From Vairimorpha necatrix (taxonomy: Eukaryota), in NCBI GenBank assembly GCA_036630325.1, contig CP142727.1, forward strand, positions 620,001 through 684,000: a stretch of DNA of 64,000 nucleotides. The letters run 5' to 3'. The notes under the pieces are model-generated. The model did not search any database. It saw nothing but the letters and a program-made list of their open reading frames with translations, and was not told the origin of the DNA. Position numbers and translations under genes: made by a program. Shown here piece after piece: positions 11,090-22,181 of this stretch; the stretch's first letter is position 1, and every line of letters begins with the position of its first letter.

Positions 11090-13117
11090 TTAATTCCCTC
11101 GGGCTTGTTTATATCTCTTGAGTTCTTCTATTGCTCTCTCATTCTCTTTCTTGATCTTCTCTTCTTCTTCTTTTTTCTCCTCGTAGTATCTTCTTAATTC
11201 TTTATCTTCTACTTTATATTTCTCTGCTTCTTCTAGTCTATTCTCATCTATTAGTCTCTTAAATATGAACATTTTAATATCTTCAATAGATCTATCAAGT
11301 ATCTCTTCATTAGATCTATCTTCATTAGATCTGTCTTTATAATTCTTATCTCCGTCTCTTTTATGGTTAGATATCTTAGAGTATATTCTTATTAGTAAAT
11401 CTATATTCTTGATCTCTTTATATGTCTTATATATCTTCTCTCTTATATATTCCTTATACTCTGTCTTATCATACACTTTATTATATTCTATAAATCCTTT
11501 ATCTATCTCTTTATTTATTAGATATACATTCCCTATATTTATATATACGTCACTGTAGTCTACTACTAGACTGTAGAAGATCTTAAGGGCTTCTTTATAC
11601 TTCCTGGATTTAGTCAAGCATATTGCCACTCCATTCGCCCCGTAGAATGAGCCCAGGCACTCTGAATATTCCTTAATAGTAGACGCCTTTACAAGTGTGT
11701 CATAAATCTTGAGATATTCCAGAGTCCCGTGATTTAAGAAGTTGTAGATTTGTGTACTGAATTTATTAGATTTATCATAATAATTTAGATCACCCGTCAA
11801 CCAGAATATATTATATTTTACATATACTGATGAATTAGTATTATAAATATCTTTAAGTAAATTAATATCATCTTGTTTAATCATAGTAGATCCATTATGA
11901 TTAGAAATATCTTTAGATATATTTGATTTAAAATGATCTATATCTAAATTAGTTAAATCAATATTACTAGATTTACATATATCTTTATATTTGAAATATA
12001 TTATGTTGTTCTGGATTATATTCTTATCTACTAATTTATTATCTAATAATGTCTTATATTTACTTATACATGACTCAGGATTATTCTTTATCCCTCTCAT
12101 TATATTTATAAATCTCTTTATATCTGGATTTATATTATTCACTTCACATTTTATATCTTCATTCTTATACTTCTGGTATATCATAAAATACTTGAAATTA
12201 TTAAACTCTAAACAGTCATATTCTTCATTTATGACGTCAGACCGGAGAATCCTCTGGAGATTGTATTTTGATAAGATATTGTCATTTAAACTTAGAGACA
12301 GTTTATAGAAATGAAGAGCTTTAGAGTAATCCCCTTCTAAGTGGTACTTCTTACCTTTTAAGTAGTAGAATGTGTCATTTTGGAGATCAAAATTAGATAA
12401 TTTTGAGATTTCATTTATATTTCGTCTTAAGATGCTCAACAGAACATCTAAATTTCTCTTATCTAGATTTAGATTTAAATTTGACTTATCTAAATCTAAA
12501 CTAGACTTATTCAAATCTAAACTAGACTTATCTAAATCTAAATTTGACTTATCTAAATTTTCATGAAATATCATGTTATAGAAATCTATAGAGACATTCC
12601 TTTTAAACATCTCCTTCCCTATCTTATAATTACTCATATCTTTATTATTAAATATACTCATACTCCTTAATATCTCATTAGTAAATTGACACTCTTTCTT
12701 CATATAATAATTACACAACTCTATTCCTAATTTATACTGACACTTATTAAAATAAACAAGAGCTCTACTATATTCCTTATCTTTTATATTTCTAAAACCT
12801 AATAAAATATAATAAGAATTATAAGAAATATCTGATTCTTCATAAATATCATTATTATGAATCATATCAAGACTCATTTGGAAAATAGTAGCTTTGGTCT
12901 TAATATCCCGTATGGGACTACTCTTGATATAATCAAGAATCTGCTTACAGTACTTGTACTCGGACTTGTAAGCATAGGCGATTTTGAATTGGGAAGAAGA
13001 TGACAGAGACGAGTCTTTAATGATTTCGAAGAGAGAATCGAAATCTGAATCTTTGGGGAGATCAGTGGTATCAAAAGATAAAGACGAGTCTTCGTCTATC
13101 TTGATCTTTATAATCAT
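11090..13117 (-). CDS. CTR9: TPR protein, CTR9-like (Paf1 complex)
   Basis: N-terminal FDTTDLP; TPR motifs (YYLKGKKYHLEGDYSKALHFY); FYGANGVAICL...DVYINIGNVYL resembles CTR9; ATG at 13117 follows CCC. Confidence 0.65.
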   Translation of the reverse strand: MIIKIKIDEDSSLSFDTTDLPKDSDFDSLFEIIKDSSLSSSSQFKIAYAYKSEYKYCKQILDYIKSSPIRDIKTKATIFQMSLDMIHNNDIYEESDISYNSYYILLGFRNIKDKEYSRALVYFNKCQYKLGIELCNYYMKKECQFTNEILRSMSIFNNKDMSNYKIGKEMFKRNVSIDFYNMIFHENLDKSNLDLDKSSLDLNKSSLDLDKSNLNLNLDKRNLDVLLSILRRNINEISKLSNFDLQNDTFYYLKGKKYHLEGDYSKALHFYKLSLSLNDNILSKYNLQRILRSDVINEEYDCLEFNNFKYFMIYQKYKNEDIKCEVNNINPDIKRFINIMRGIKNNPESCISKYKTLLDNKLVDKNIIQNNIIYFKYKDICKSSNIDLTNLDIDHFKSNISKDISNHNGSTMIKQDDINLLKDIYNTNSSVYVKYNIFWLTGDLNYYDKSNKFSTQIYNFLNHGTLEYLKIYDTLVKASTIKEYSECLGSFYGANGVAICLTKSRKYKEALKIFYSLVVDYSDVYINIGNVYLINKEIDKGFIEYNKVYDKTEYKEYIREKIYKTYKEIKNIDLLIRIYSKISNHKRDGDKNYKDRSNEDRSNEEILDRSIEDIKMFIFKRLIDENRLEEAEKYKVEDKELRRYYEEKKEEEEKIKKENERAIEELKRYKQARGN

Positions 13118-13417
13118 GAGGGCCAAAAAAAATATAAACTAAAATATTATATGTAAATTATATTATGTTATTTTATGTTATTTGAATATTATGTGTATTT
13201 TAGATTTATAAATTTGTGAAATTATTTCAGCATAAATAAGAAAATCCAAAAAAGACGAAAAATAAAAAATAAGAAATACAGTTTGAGATAGGGAGAAACC
13301 TTACATATTTAGAAGAAAGAGAACACAATAATATTACTACTTGAAAGAGATATCATCTTACTAACTTCATTTTATAGATTTAAATTTATACTATGTTTTA
13401 AAAATTAACATTTATAT

Positions 13418-13864
13418 TTAATTAAGCATCTGGTCTATAAATGCATACCCTTCATCTATATACTTCTCACTGTACTCAATTATGTCTTCATTAAGTGTCT
13501 CTTCCTTTAGTGTCTCTTCCTTTAGTGTCTCTTCCTTTAGTGTCTCATTATTAAGTGTCTCATCCTTTAGTGCCTCTTCCTTTAGTGCCTTTTTATTTAG
13601 TGTCTCATTATTTAGTGTCTCATTATTTAGTGCCTTTTTATTTAGTGCCTTTTTATTTAGTGCCTTTTTATTTAGTGTCTCTTCTTGATTGTCCTCCTTT
13701 AGGAAATTATTAATTCTCTCTATACACTTCTTTAATTCTACTTGTAGATCAGTCATAGTCTCCTTGATATTCTCAGACATACTGTCTCTCTGTAAGACAC
13801 CGAGAGAAGTGAAATATAAAAAGACGAGGTGATTTATTTCTACTTGGAGACTTGTAACATCCAT
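13418..13864 (-). CDS. MED21: Mediator subunit MED21/Srb7-like protein with pentapeptide repeat insert
   Basis: N-terminus VTSLQVEINHLVFLYFTSLGVLQ resembles MED21 LTQLQD..N.LA..F..SIG.LQ; CCC-run before the ATG. Confidence 0.6.
   Translation of the reverse strand: MDVTSLQVEINHLVFLYFTSLGVLQRDSMSENIKETMTDLQVELKKCIERINNFLKEDNQEETLNKKALNKKALNKKALNNETLNNETLNKKALKEEALKDETLNNETLKEETLKEETLKEETLNEDIIEYSEKYIDEGYAFIDQMLN
13488..13684 (-). repeat. 15-bp coding minisatellite, ~13 units (EETLN/KKALN/NETLK)
   Basis: TTTAGTG(T/C)CT... recurs with a 15-bp period. Confidence 0.9.
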
Positions 13865-14029
13865 AAGAGGGGGGAGATATAAGATTTATATTAGATATAT
13901 AAGATTTAACAGAATTGTAATATTTGGAGATAATCTTTGAAATTTAAGGAATCGGGGCTATAGTGCTTAAATATGGGACAAGTGATTTCTTATAGAAGAT
14001 TTTAATAGAAAGAAGCGCTTTACAACAAA

Positions 14030-14860
14030 ATTAACATAAAGACAAACAATAAAAAGTAGTTTAAGGCTTGGGTCAGTGATTTATTAAACAAGGGGACTCT
14101 TCACCTGGCTGGTTAAAGGAAACAATCAGGCTAGATCCGAATCAATTTACTGCTTCCTACAGGATAAAAATATTTTCTGTGGATCATTTAGCTACCAAGT
14201 GTGATCGAATGTTGGGTTTTGATTATAAGAAAGACACAACGAGCATAGATGCATTCATCTCTTACTATGTATTAAATATGAGTTTAAGGAGAACAAGAAA
14301 ATACTTACGGCTCAGTACAAGATATCATAAGTAAATAAATGTAGACACTAGAATATCTACTAATATAATGGTGGCCTATAATAATTTTATATTCTTGTGT
14401 TTGATAAGAAGAAGAAAGAAATTTTAATAGTTGAAGTTGGTATGACAAACCAGGAGCAACTTTTTATAGTAGAGAATGAAAAACTGAGAAAATATGACCT
14501 TCTTGTAAAATACATAAATCTCGGACAAGAATAGTTCCTTAAGCAAGGACATGGGATGGAGTGGTGACCAAATATCACTTAAAATACAACGGGGAGCTGA
14601 AAATCCAGGTCTACTTTGAAGCATACATTCAGTCTATTATTTGCCAAACTCTAGAGTTCATCTCTTTATAACTATGACGAGGATACGATCAAGAAATAGG
14701 AATAAATGGCTAGAGCTTTATACGCACTAGCGAATATGGCGACTGTTAAAAAAGTGGTGTCGGCAAAGGGGAATTAAGCTAAAAAACATAAATGATTCCA
14801 TAGAAACCAAAGTTGTGAAGAGGTGAATCCCATGAGCGATACCGGGGCAAGTTGTGCTAG
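14030..14860 (+). pseudogene. Degenerate 3' part of an RLE-type (R2/R4-like) non-LTR retrotransposon
   Basis: Frame-broken remnants VDHLATKCDRMLGFDY..RHN and ILVFDKKKKEILIVEVG...EKLRKYDLL (zinc knuckle plus PD-(D/E)xK endonuclease). Confidence 0.75.
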
Positions 14861-14988
14861 AAGTATTTAAGATTAATGATAAATTAACTTAGTAAATCTT
14901 AAATAAGTATGCAATAGATCTATTCGCGGCATGTTAAATAAATCGATCTTTAAAATTCTAGGGATCTTAGTATAGTGCTTAAATATGG

Positions 14989-16098
14989 GGCGCTCCTTAA
15001 ATTCAAAATCACAGGGGTTAAAAAAATTAAAAAATTTACGAACATGTATTGTAAACATTCTACAAAAAAATTACAAATGCCCTTATGATTTTGAATTTAA
15101 GGAAAGCGATTTTGTGAATTTTAATTTTTTACCCCTAATGCAAGTTAGAAATCTCTACAGCATAATATTTGTTGAAGAAGAAGCAGCTATAGAGTACTTA
15201 AAGGCTTTAAACTTTTACAGAAATACTATAAAGTGTGACTGTGGTTGTTTTATGAACCAAGTAAAATCTAAAAACTACTTGGGAGGAATCTGCTTTTATT
15301 GTACAAATAGCTTCAAAAAGCGAAAAAGCAATAAAAAGGGCACTTTTCTACAAAAGTCCAGGATGATTACGCACATACTTTGAGAATGTTGTATTGCTGG
15401 GTGACGAAAATGACCAACACAATGGTCTCAGTAACATGTGAGGTCTCCGAGTCCACCTACATTTCTTTTAAGGGCTTTATCCTAGAAAAAATAAAAAAAT
15501 GAAATAAATACATTTTTTGTAAGAATAGGTGGGCCGAGAATTACTATTCAAGTCGACGAGACAGCAATATGTGGAGGTCGTATAATAACAAATCCCACGA
15601 CAGAAGAAGAAGACATCCCTGGGACGACTTGGCTAGTCGGAGGTATAGAAAATGAAAGCAACAATTGCTTCTTAAAAATAGTTCCTAATAGGACTGACCC
15701 TATAATGTTAGATCTATTTAGGGAGTATGTAGTAGAAGGAACTACAATAAGAATTGATGGGGTTGCTTAGTATCATTCTGCTGTTCGCGATTTCAAATCT
15801 GTTCATGAAGTCGTTAATCATAGTGTTGGTTTTAATAACGACAATGGACAACATACTAACAAAATAGAGAATCTGTGGAGTCATTTGAAGACCGAATTGA
15901 GAACAAGAAGAGGAATAATGAAGGTAAACATGGAAGGTTTTATATACGAGTTTTAATTTAGATCTAAATATTTAAAAGAGAAGAATTCTGATACTTATGC
16001 AGAAACTGATAACAGAATACTCTTGTTAGAATAAATGTTTCTTGTTTTTACTTTTTTTGATTTTTTTAACCCCTGTGATTTTGAATTTAAGGAGCGCC
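14989..16098 (+). mobile_element. Merlin (IS1016/ISXO2-like DDE) DNA transposon, transposase disrupted
   Basis: TIRs GGCGCTCCTTAAATTCAAAATCACAGGGGTTAAAAAAAT; 8-bp TSD AAATATGG; IQVDET, VVNHS and HTNKIENLW remnants. Confidence 0.93.
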
Positions 16099-16291
16099 AA
16101 ATATGGGACAAGTGATTTTTTAAAGACCAATTTAATTCTGTCTATAAGTAGACATAACTATTTAAAAAAATGTTTCTTACTATTAAATCTTCTACTACAA
16201 TATATTTTTAATGCTAAATCTTCTACTACAATATATTTTTTCTTACTAAATCTTTTCTTTTTATTTTTCTTTTTTTTTTCTTACCCTCACT

Positions 16292-16609
16292 ATGAAATTT
16301 ATAGAACTCGGTAGACTCGTCGCCCCCATAATAAAAAAAGAAAGAAATATCAAAGCTATTATCATTGGCATTATTGACAGTACATTCGTGGTCTTAAAGA
16401 AATCTAATGGCGAGAATGAAGTATGCCCCGTCTCGTCTCTTATACTACTAGATGAAGTATATGATATTAAGAATCTTAGTAGTGAAGAAATAGTCAAGTT
16501 GATTGAGAATAAGAAAGAAGAAGGAGGAGCTAGTAATGATTTTGAGAGGTTTAAAAATAAACTGAGAGAAGAAGTTAAGAAGAATATATTAAGAGAAAAA
16601 GGAATATAA
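16292..16609 (+). CDS. RPL14: 60S ribosomal protein L14 (eL14), shortened
   Basis: KFIELGRLV...AIIIGIID and NDFERFK motifs; CCC before the ATG. Confidence 0.9.
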
Positions 16610-17002
16610 TAAAAAGAAATATATTTAAACTATATAATATTTATTACACCAGTAGAAATCTATTGTGTGTGTGCAAATTTTAAAAAAGCTTTTCTGTAGC
16701 TTTTTACTCTTGTTTGAGTTTAAAATTGACATAGTTTCCCTACGTCATGTGCGTATACTTTGCCTTGACTAAATTCTAGTCTTCAAGGCTTTTACTTATA
16801 ATTGACCATGAGAAAATACAATCTCTACTCTTCTTTAAGAATGTTTTAAAATGTAACAAGATTTTTGTATCTTTTCTAATTTGATTCTTATCTTGAGTTT
16901 TATTCATTTATGCAAGAATATGTTTCAAGTTACTTAAAAATCAAATTTGAATCTTATTTAATTTGATTTTTATAAGATTTCATCTTTGTTTATTCCTCAT
17001 TT

Positions 17003-17407
17003 ATGAATATCAAGTTGTACATGATCTTGGAATTAGAGAAGATCCAGCTGAACCACATAGAAGGCATTTGGGTCAGACCATTCAGGCCTCTAGTCTTTCA
17101 AGTGTATGTTATTAAGAATATGAATGTGTATGAATTATACATAAGTAAGAATACAATCAGAGACAAGTGGTCTCTAAAAAGTTCTTCTTTTCTTTTTTCA
17201 CATTATGAAGTTCTTGATATGCTCAGAGAGATCAATTTGATTTTTTTGGATTTACTAGAGATGTTTAAGATAAACTTCAGACCTGGGAATATAGAAATAT
17301 CTATTAAATCAGAATATAATAATAAGATGAAGATTAATAATTCAATAAAATTACAAGAAGATTATAAAAAGATAAGTAGTAACTTATTAGACAATATAAC
17401 TAAATAA
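17003..17407 (+). CDS. Hypothetical protein (134 aa)
   Basis: Intact ATG ORF inside the gene-dense island; no recognised motif. Confidence 0.55.
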   Translation: MNIKLYMILELEKIQLNHIEGIWVRPFRPLVFQVYVIKNMNVYELYISKNTIRDKWSLKSSSFLFSHYEVLDMLREINLIFLDLLEMFKINFRPGNIEISIKSEYNNKMKINNSIKLQEDYKKISSNLLDNITK

Positions 17408-17507
17408 ATCTAATTATATTTGTAGTCTTGTCTATACATGTTTCATTATTTGTTATGAAACACTGTTTCTAATTCTCAATATTTAACATAGTTTCAATCA
17501 ACACACT

Positions 17508-18929
17508 ATGGAAGAGAAACAGAATGATAAACCTATAGAAATGCCTTCTAGAGGTAGACCAAGGAAAAAAGATCACTTACTAGACCCAGTATTCAATAAT
17601 GAACCATATAATTATGAGACTACAGAAGAGACGAATGGGTACAGTATAGAAGATATGAGGCCTTATAGTAGTAGAGAAGATAATGAGATATTAGAACAAT
17701 TTAACAGTATAGGAGAAGTAATAAGAAGAAGAGATGAAAGAAGAGATGATAAACATAATTTAGTTGATAATAGGTATGGAGATGAAAGATTTCATCATCA
17801 GAGAATGTTTGAGCCAAGATTCAATGACCTAAGACAATATGACCCGAGAATGAATGGACAGAGATTTAATGACCTAAGAGTAGGACCAAGAATAAATGAC
17901 CCGCGACTAAATGCTCTGCGTGTAGGCCCGAGACTAAACGACCCGCGACTAAATAGTCATATACTAAGTGAACAAAGATATCATGAAGAAAGATATCACG
18001 AACAAAGACCAAATCAAATGCCATTTAATGAACAAAGACCAAATCAAATGCCATTTAATGAGCAAAGACCAAATCAAATGCCATTTAATGAGCAAAGACT
18101 AAACGAATCAATTCTAAATGAACAAAGACCAAAGGAATCAATTCTAAATGAACACAGATTTAATGATACAGGATCCTCCGATCAACAAATACCAAGTCGC
18201 CCAAGCCCGAATGATCCCAAATTAGATAGACTCCCTGATCAATATGATCCCAAACTAAATGACTCTAATTTGTACATCGACCACGATTTAAAGAATAATG
18301 ACGACATATTCGCCGATGACTTCTCTCAGATTAATCCAGTCCATGTCCAGAGTAATAATCCCTTCAGTCATGACTCTACCCAGTCTTTCTTCACTAAATC
18401 CAGACCCGTCTTAAACATCTCAAATTTCTATAAGTCCCCTCATAGACCCTCTTATAAACTCCCTGATGACTTTGATTCATCCTGGATGTATAAAAAGAAG
18501 AGAAAGAGTAACCCTGTCCTCTGGCAGTATATAAACCAGTCTCAAGATGATTTTAAGTCTCTAATTCATCCTTCTAAATATTCCAGCCTTGATTATATCC
18601 AAGGCTCTGATGTATTAAATAGAGATTTTAATAATAGCATCTTACCATTATTTCTTAATAGTAGTAAAGAGATGAATGATGAATATAAAATGATTATAAG
18701 TAATTTTAAGAGGAGAGTCAGTGAATTAGACTTTAGTAATGTGACAGTGCATCAGTTGAAATTATTAATGAGGGAGTTTGGGCTTAATCATACGGGGAAG
18801 AAGAATGAGTTGATTGAGAGAGCGAAGCAGACTATAAAAAAGATAGAGAGCACTAGTAAAGAGATGAGTAAAAAGAAAAGTAAAGAAAAAGAAGAAGAAG
18901 ATGAAGTATATAATAATGTATTCTTCTAA
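17508..18929 (+). CDS. SAP-domain protein with N-terminal AT-hook-like motif
   Basis: RGRPRKK; C-terminal SAP motif FSNVTVHQLKLLMREFGLNHTGKKNELIER; internal 30-bp repeats EQRPNQMPFN. Confidence 0.85.
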   Translation: MEEKQNDKPIEMPSRGRPRKKDHLLDPVFNNEPYNYETTEETNGYSIEDMRPYSSREDNEILEQFNSIGEVIRRRDERRDDKHNLVDNRYGDERFHHQRMFEPRFNDLRQYDPRMNGQRFNDLRVGPRINDPRLNALRVGPRLNDPRLNSHILSEQRYHEERYHEQRPNQMPFNEQRPNQMPFNEQRPNQMPFNEQRLNESILNEQRPKESILNEHRFNDTGSSDQQIPSRPSPNDPKLDRLPDQYDPKLNDSNLYIDHDLKNNDDIFADDFSQINPVHVQSNNPFSHDSTQSFFTKSRPVLNISNFYKSPHRPSYKLPDDFDSSWMYKKKRKSNPVLWQYINQSQDDFKSLIHPSKYSSLDYIQGSDVLNRDFNNSILPLFLNSSKEMNDEYKMIISNFKRRVSELDFSNVTVHQLKLLMREFGLNHTGKKNELIERAKQTIKKIESTSKEMSKKKSKEKEEEDEVYNNVFF

Positions 18930-19095
18930 CCCAAAATAAATGATATTTAAACAAATATAATGTAATATAGTTCACTATTTAATGTTTGTTTTATTTAAAT
19001 AATGTTTGTTTTATTTAATAAAGTAGATTTTATTTAAATCTTATTTAATTATAGTTCATTTTATTTAAATATAAATATATGCCCAAATTTCAAGG

Positions 19096-21927
19096 ATGCA
19101 TAATTTGAAGGATTTTATAAAAAAACAATCTGAGAAAAAAAAGGAAGAATTTCTTCTCTCTACGAGTGAGGAGGAAATGTTCAGTTCACTTGACAGTCCC
19201 AAGAAGATACTCAAGTCATCAACAGAGGGCAACATAAATGACACCATAATAACTAATAATAGTACTATTATTAATGATACATATAATAGAAATAATAATG
19301 ATACTAGTACTAATAATAGTAATAATAATAGTACAAATAATAGAAATATGGAATCTGGTGGAAGATATAACTTCCTAAAGGATATCAAAGATAAAAATGG
19401 TAATTCACCCACAAGTCCAAATTACGACAAATCTTCTTTATTCATCTCCCCCTCGGACTTACAAACCCTAAGTCCCTTTGAGAGACAATTCTGGTCTATC
19501 AAAAAGGACTACTTCGACACTGTCGTCTTTTTTAAAAAAGGAAAATTCTACGAATTATACGAAAATGACGCGGACATCGCTTCAAGGCTCTTTAATTTCA
19601 GGATCACTGACAGGGTGAACATGCGTATGGCAGGGTTCCCTGAGAGCAGCCTCGATGACTGGATTTGTAAATTTCTAGAAGCGGGGTATAAAATAGCCAG
19701 AGTCGACCAACTTGATAATATGGTGAGTAAAAAGATGAAAGATGATAAAGAGAAGATATTACAAAGAGAGTTGAAAGAAGTTATAACACAAGGGACAGTA
19801 GCAGATATGAATCATTTAAAAACAAATGACTCTGTGTGTACATTAGTAATACATGAAAATACAACAAATATTTCTGACGATACTTCTTTTAATTTTGATA
19901 TTATGTTATTTGATGCTTCAACTAATAAAATATTTTGTAAAACTTTTACAGATGATGAAAATTTGAACACTCTGAAAACAATATCTACAAAATACACGAT
20001 CAAGGAATATATTTCAAAAAGGAAATATAATTTCTTAAAAAACTTCATAAAAGCAGAAATATCTACTACTACTAGTGATACTAATTGTAATATTAGTAGT
20101 AGTAGTATGTGCTATGGATATTTATATAACTATATGAAATATCTAAAAAGAGAAAAATCTCTAAATTCTTGTCAATTTATAAACTTAGACTCTGACTCAT
20201 CTGGTCTATCTCTAGACTCAAATACTATAAAAAACATGGACTTAATCAGTACAGAACACGATAAAACTTTATTTAAACTTATAAATTATTGTAGTACACC
20301 CTTCGGGCAGAGAAAACTAATGAACTGGATGATGACACCCTTTGGAAATTATAAAGAAATAAAAGAAAGACAAGAACTTATAAAAATTATAGGGGAAAAA
20401 GATATAGAAAATATAGAGAAAAATATGAAAGAACTTGGAGATTTAGAAAGAGGATTTAGTAAAATACGGAGCGGGAATGGGAAATTTAAAGATTTAAAAG
20501 AGATAATAAAAAAAACAGAGATAATAATAAAAATATATGAGATCATTATGGAGATATTTAGTGATAAAATAAATGACAAAGATAAAAATAATGATAATAG
20601 TATAAATATAAAGGATAGAGACGGAGATAGTGGGAAGAAACGAGCAAAAATTTACAATGAAACAAATTTGAAAGAAACAAAACACAACGAATTTATAAAC
20701 AAAATTGTAGAAATCAAAACAGGTGAAAAATATCAATTTATAAATAGGACAAAATTGATAAATTTTATAAAAGATTACAATTTAAACTACAAAATAAAAG
20801 ATGACGAAATTGTACCGGGAAAAAATAATTCAGAAGAAATCTCAAGACTACTGGAAGATAAAAAAAATATAATAAAAAAATTTGACGAAATTTTAGAAAA
20901 GGAAAAAATTAAACTGAAATGTAAAGAAATAAATTATAAAAATGTAGGAAAAGAAATATTCCAACTGGAGGTGCCTAAGAACATAAATAATAAAGTATGT
21001 GATCAAGATAGTGTAATAAGTAAAAATGATACTAATAATTACTTCCTGGTGAGTTCCACAAAATCTTGTAATAGATTTTATACTACAGAAATTAGAAGTC
21101 TAATTTCTGAATTCCAAATTCTAGAAGAAAAAATCTTCCAGGCAAATGGGAAATTATTCAATCACGCAGTTTCATACTTCTTAAAAAGTGAAGATTTATT
21201 CTTTAACATTATAAACGATCTATCAGATTTAGACTGCTTAATTTCAAGTGTAAAATTCAACCTAAAAATTCAAGGATGTGTACCAGTTGAATCAAACATA
21301 TTAAATGTAGAAAATATGGGTAATCCAATATATAAAGAATATATAAGAAATAATTATAAAGAATCCAATAATATCTTAATACTAACAGGATCAAATATGG
21401 CAGGGAAATCTACATTCATGAGATCACTCTGTCTAAATATAATTCTATACCAAATGGGTCTAAACGTACTAGCCAGTAAATTTGAGTGTTCCGTATTTGA
21501 CAAATTATATTCAAGAATGGGCGCCAGTGACAATTTGAGACGAGGCGAGTCGACTTTTATGGTAGAATTAAATGAGACATGTCATATACTAAAAAACGCG
21601 ACAAACAGATCATTAGTCATAATGGATGAATTAGGACGAGGAACTAGTACAAAAGACGGGGAATGTATAGCGAGAGCAGTACTTAAAAAATTAGAAGAGA
21701 TAAAATGTCGTGTACTGTTTAGTACACATTATCATAATTTAATATTGATGAAGTATAGTCATGGATTTATGAATACGATGATAAAAGGAGGAAGAGTGGT
21801 GTTTTTGTATAAACTTAAAGAAGGGAGATGTGAAGACTCGAATGGGGTTTATGTGGCGAAACTTGCAGGTGTGCCTGAGGAAATAATAAAAAGAGCAGAG
21901 GTTTATAAAAATAAGTATGAAATATGA
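19096..21927 (+). CDS. MSH6: DNA mismatch repair protein MSH6
   Basis: FFKKGKFYELYENDA, GFPE, TPFGQR, LTGSNMAGKST, STFMVEL, MDELGRGTST and FSTHY motifs. Confidence 0.93.
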   Translation: MHNLKDFIKKQSEKKKEEFLLSTSEEEMFSSLDSPKKILKSSTEGNINDTIITNNSTIINDTYNRNNNDTSTNNSNNNSTNNRNMESGGRYNFLKDIKDKNGNSPTSPNYDKSSLFISPSDLQTLSPFERQFWSIKKDYFDTVVFFKKGKFYELYENDADIASRLFNFRITDRVNMRMAGFPESSLDDWICKFLEAGYKIARVDQLDNMVSKKMKDDKEKILQRELKEVITQGTVADMNHLKTNDSVCTLVIHENTTNISDDTSFNFDIMLFDASTNKIFCKTFTDDENLNTLKTISTKYTIKEYISKRKYNFLKNFIKAEISTTTSDTNCNISSSSMCYGYLYNYMKYLKREKSLNSCQFINLDSDSSGLSLDSNTIKNMDLISTEHDKTLFKLINYCSTPFGQRKLMNWMMTPFGNYKEIKERQELIKIIGEKDIENIEKNMKELGDLERGFSKIRSGNGKFKDLKEIIKKTEIIIKIYEIIMEIFSDKINDKDKNNDNSINIKDRDGDSGKKRAKIYNETNLKETKHNEFINKIVEIKTGEKYQFINRTKLINFIKDYNLNYKIKDDEIVPGKNNSEEISRLLEDKKNIIKKFDEILEKEKIKLKCKEINYKNVGKEIFQLEVPKNINNKVCDQDSVISKNDTNNYFLVSSTKSCNRFYTTEIRSLISEFQILEEKIFQANGKLFNHAVSYFLKSEDLFFNIINDLSDLDCLISSVKFNLKIQGCVPVESNILNVENMGNPIYKEYIRNNYKESNNILILTGSNMAGKSTFMRSLCLNIILYQMGLNVLASKFECSVFDKLYSRMGASDNLRRGESTFMVELNETCHILKNATNRSLVIMDELGRGTSTKDGECIARAVLKKLEEIKCRVLFSTHYHNLILMKYSHGFMNTMIKGGRVVFLYKLKEGRCEDSNGVYVAKLAGVPEEIIKRAEVYKNKYEI

Positions 21928-22109
21928 ATATAGTAAAAAAAAATAATAAAAAACAATTTAGTATTTATAAATTAGAGTAAAATAAAATATTTATACGATT
22001 TAAATTATTCATGTACATTTTAATCTAACAACCATAAACTTAAATATTATGCAAAATAGCTATTTTCATATCTTTTTAATGTGTTAGTATATATATTAAA
22101 AATTTTTAA

Positions 22110-22181
22110 GCCTCTATAGCTCAGTGGTAGAGCGCTAGTTTAGTAAACTAGAGGTCTCGAGTTCGATCCTCGGTGGAGGCA
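22110..22181 (+). tRNA. tRNA-Thr (AGT)
   Basis: Acceptor stem GCCTCTA/TGGAGGC, D arm GCTC/GAGC, anticodon arm CTAGT-TTAGTAA-ACTAG, T arm with GTTCGAT, downstream T-run. Confidence 0.95.

Noticed and set aside
13488-13684. Regular short repeats resembling a CRISPR array
   Set aside because: Contiguous 15-bp in-frame coding units with no unique spacers and no cas genes; eukaryotic context
14989-16098. Bacterial IS1595/IS1016 contamination or recent bacterial transfer
   Set aside because: Embedded with TSDs among eukaryotic genes; Merlin is the established eukaryotic branch of this family
11991-20736. Short antisense ORFs (11991, 12372, 13482, 16261, 19065, 19812, 20349, 20494)
   Set aside because: Shadows of real opposite-strand genes in AT-rich, low-complexity sequence
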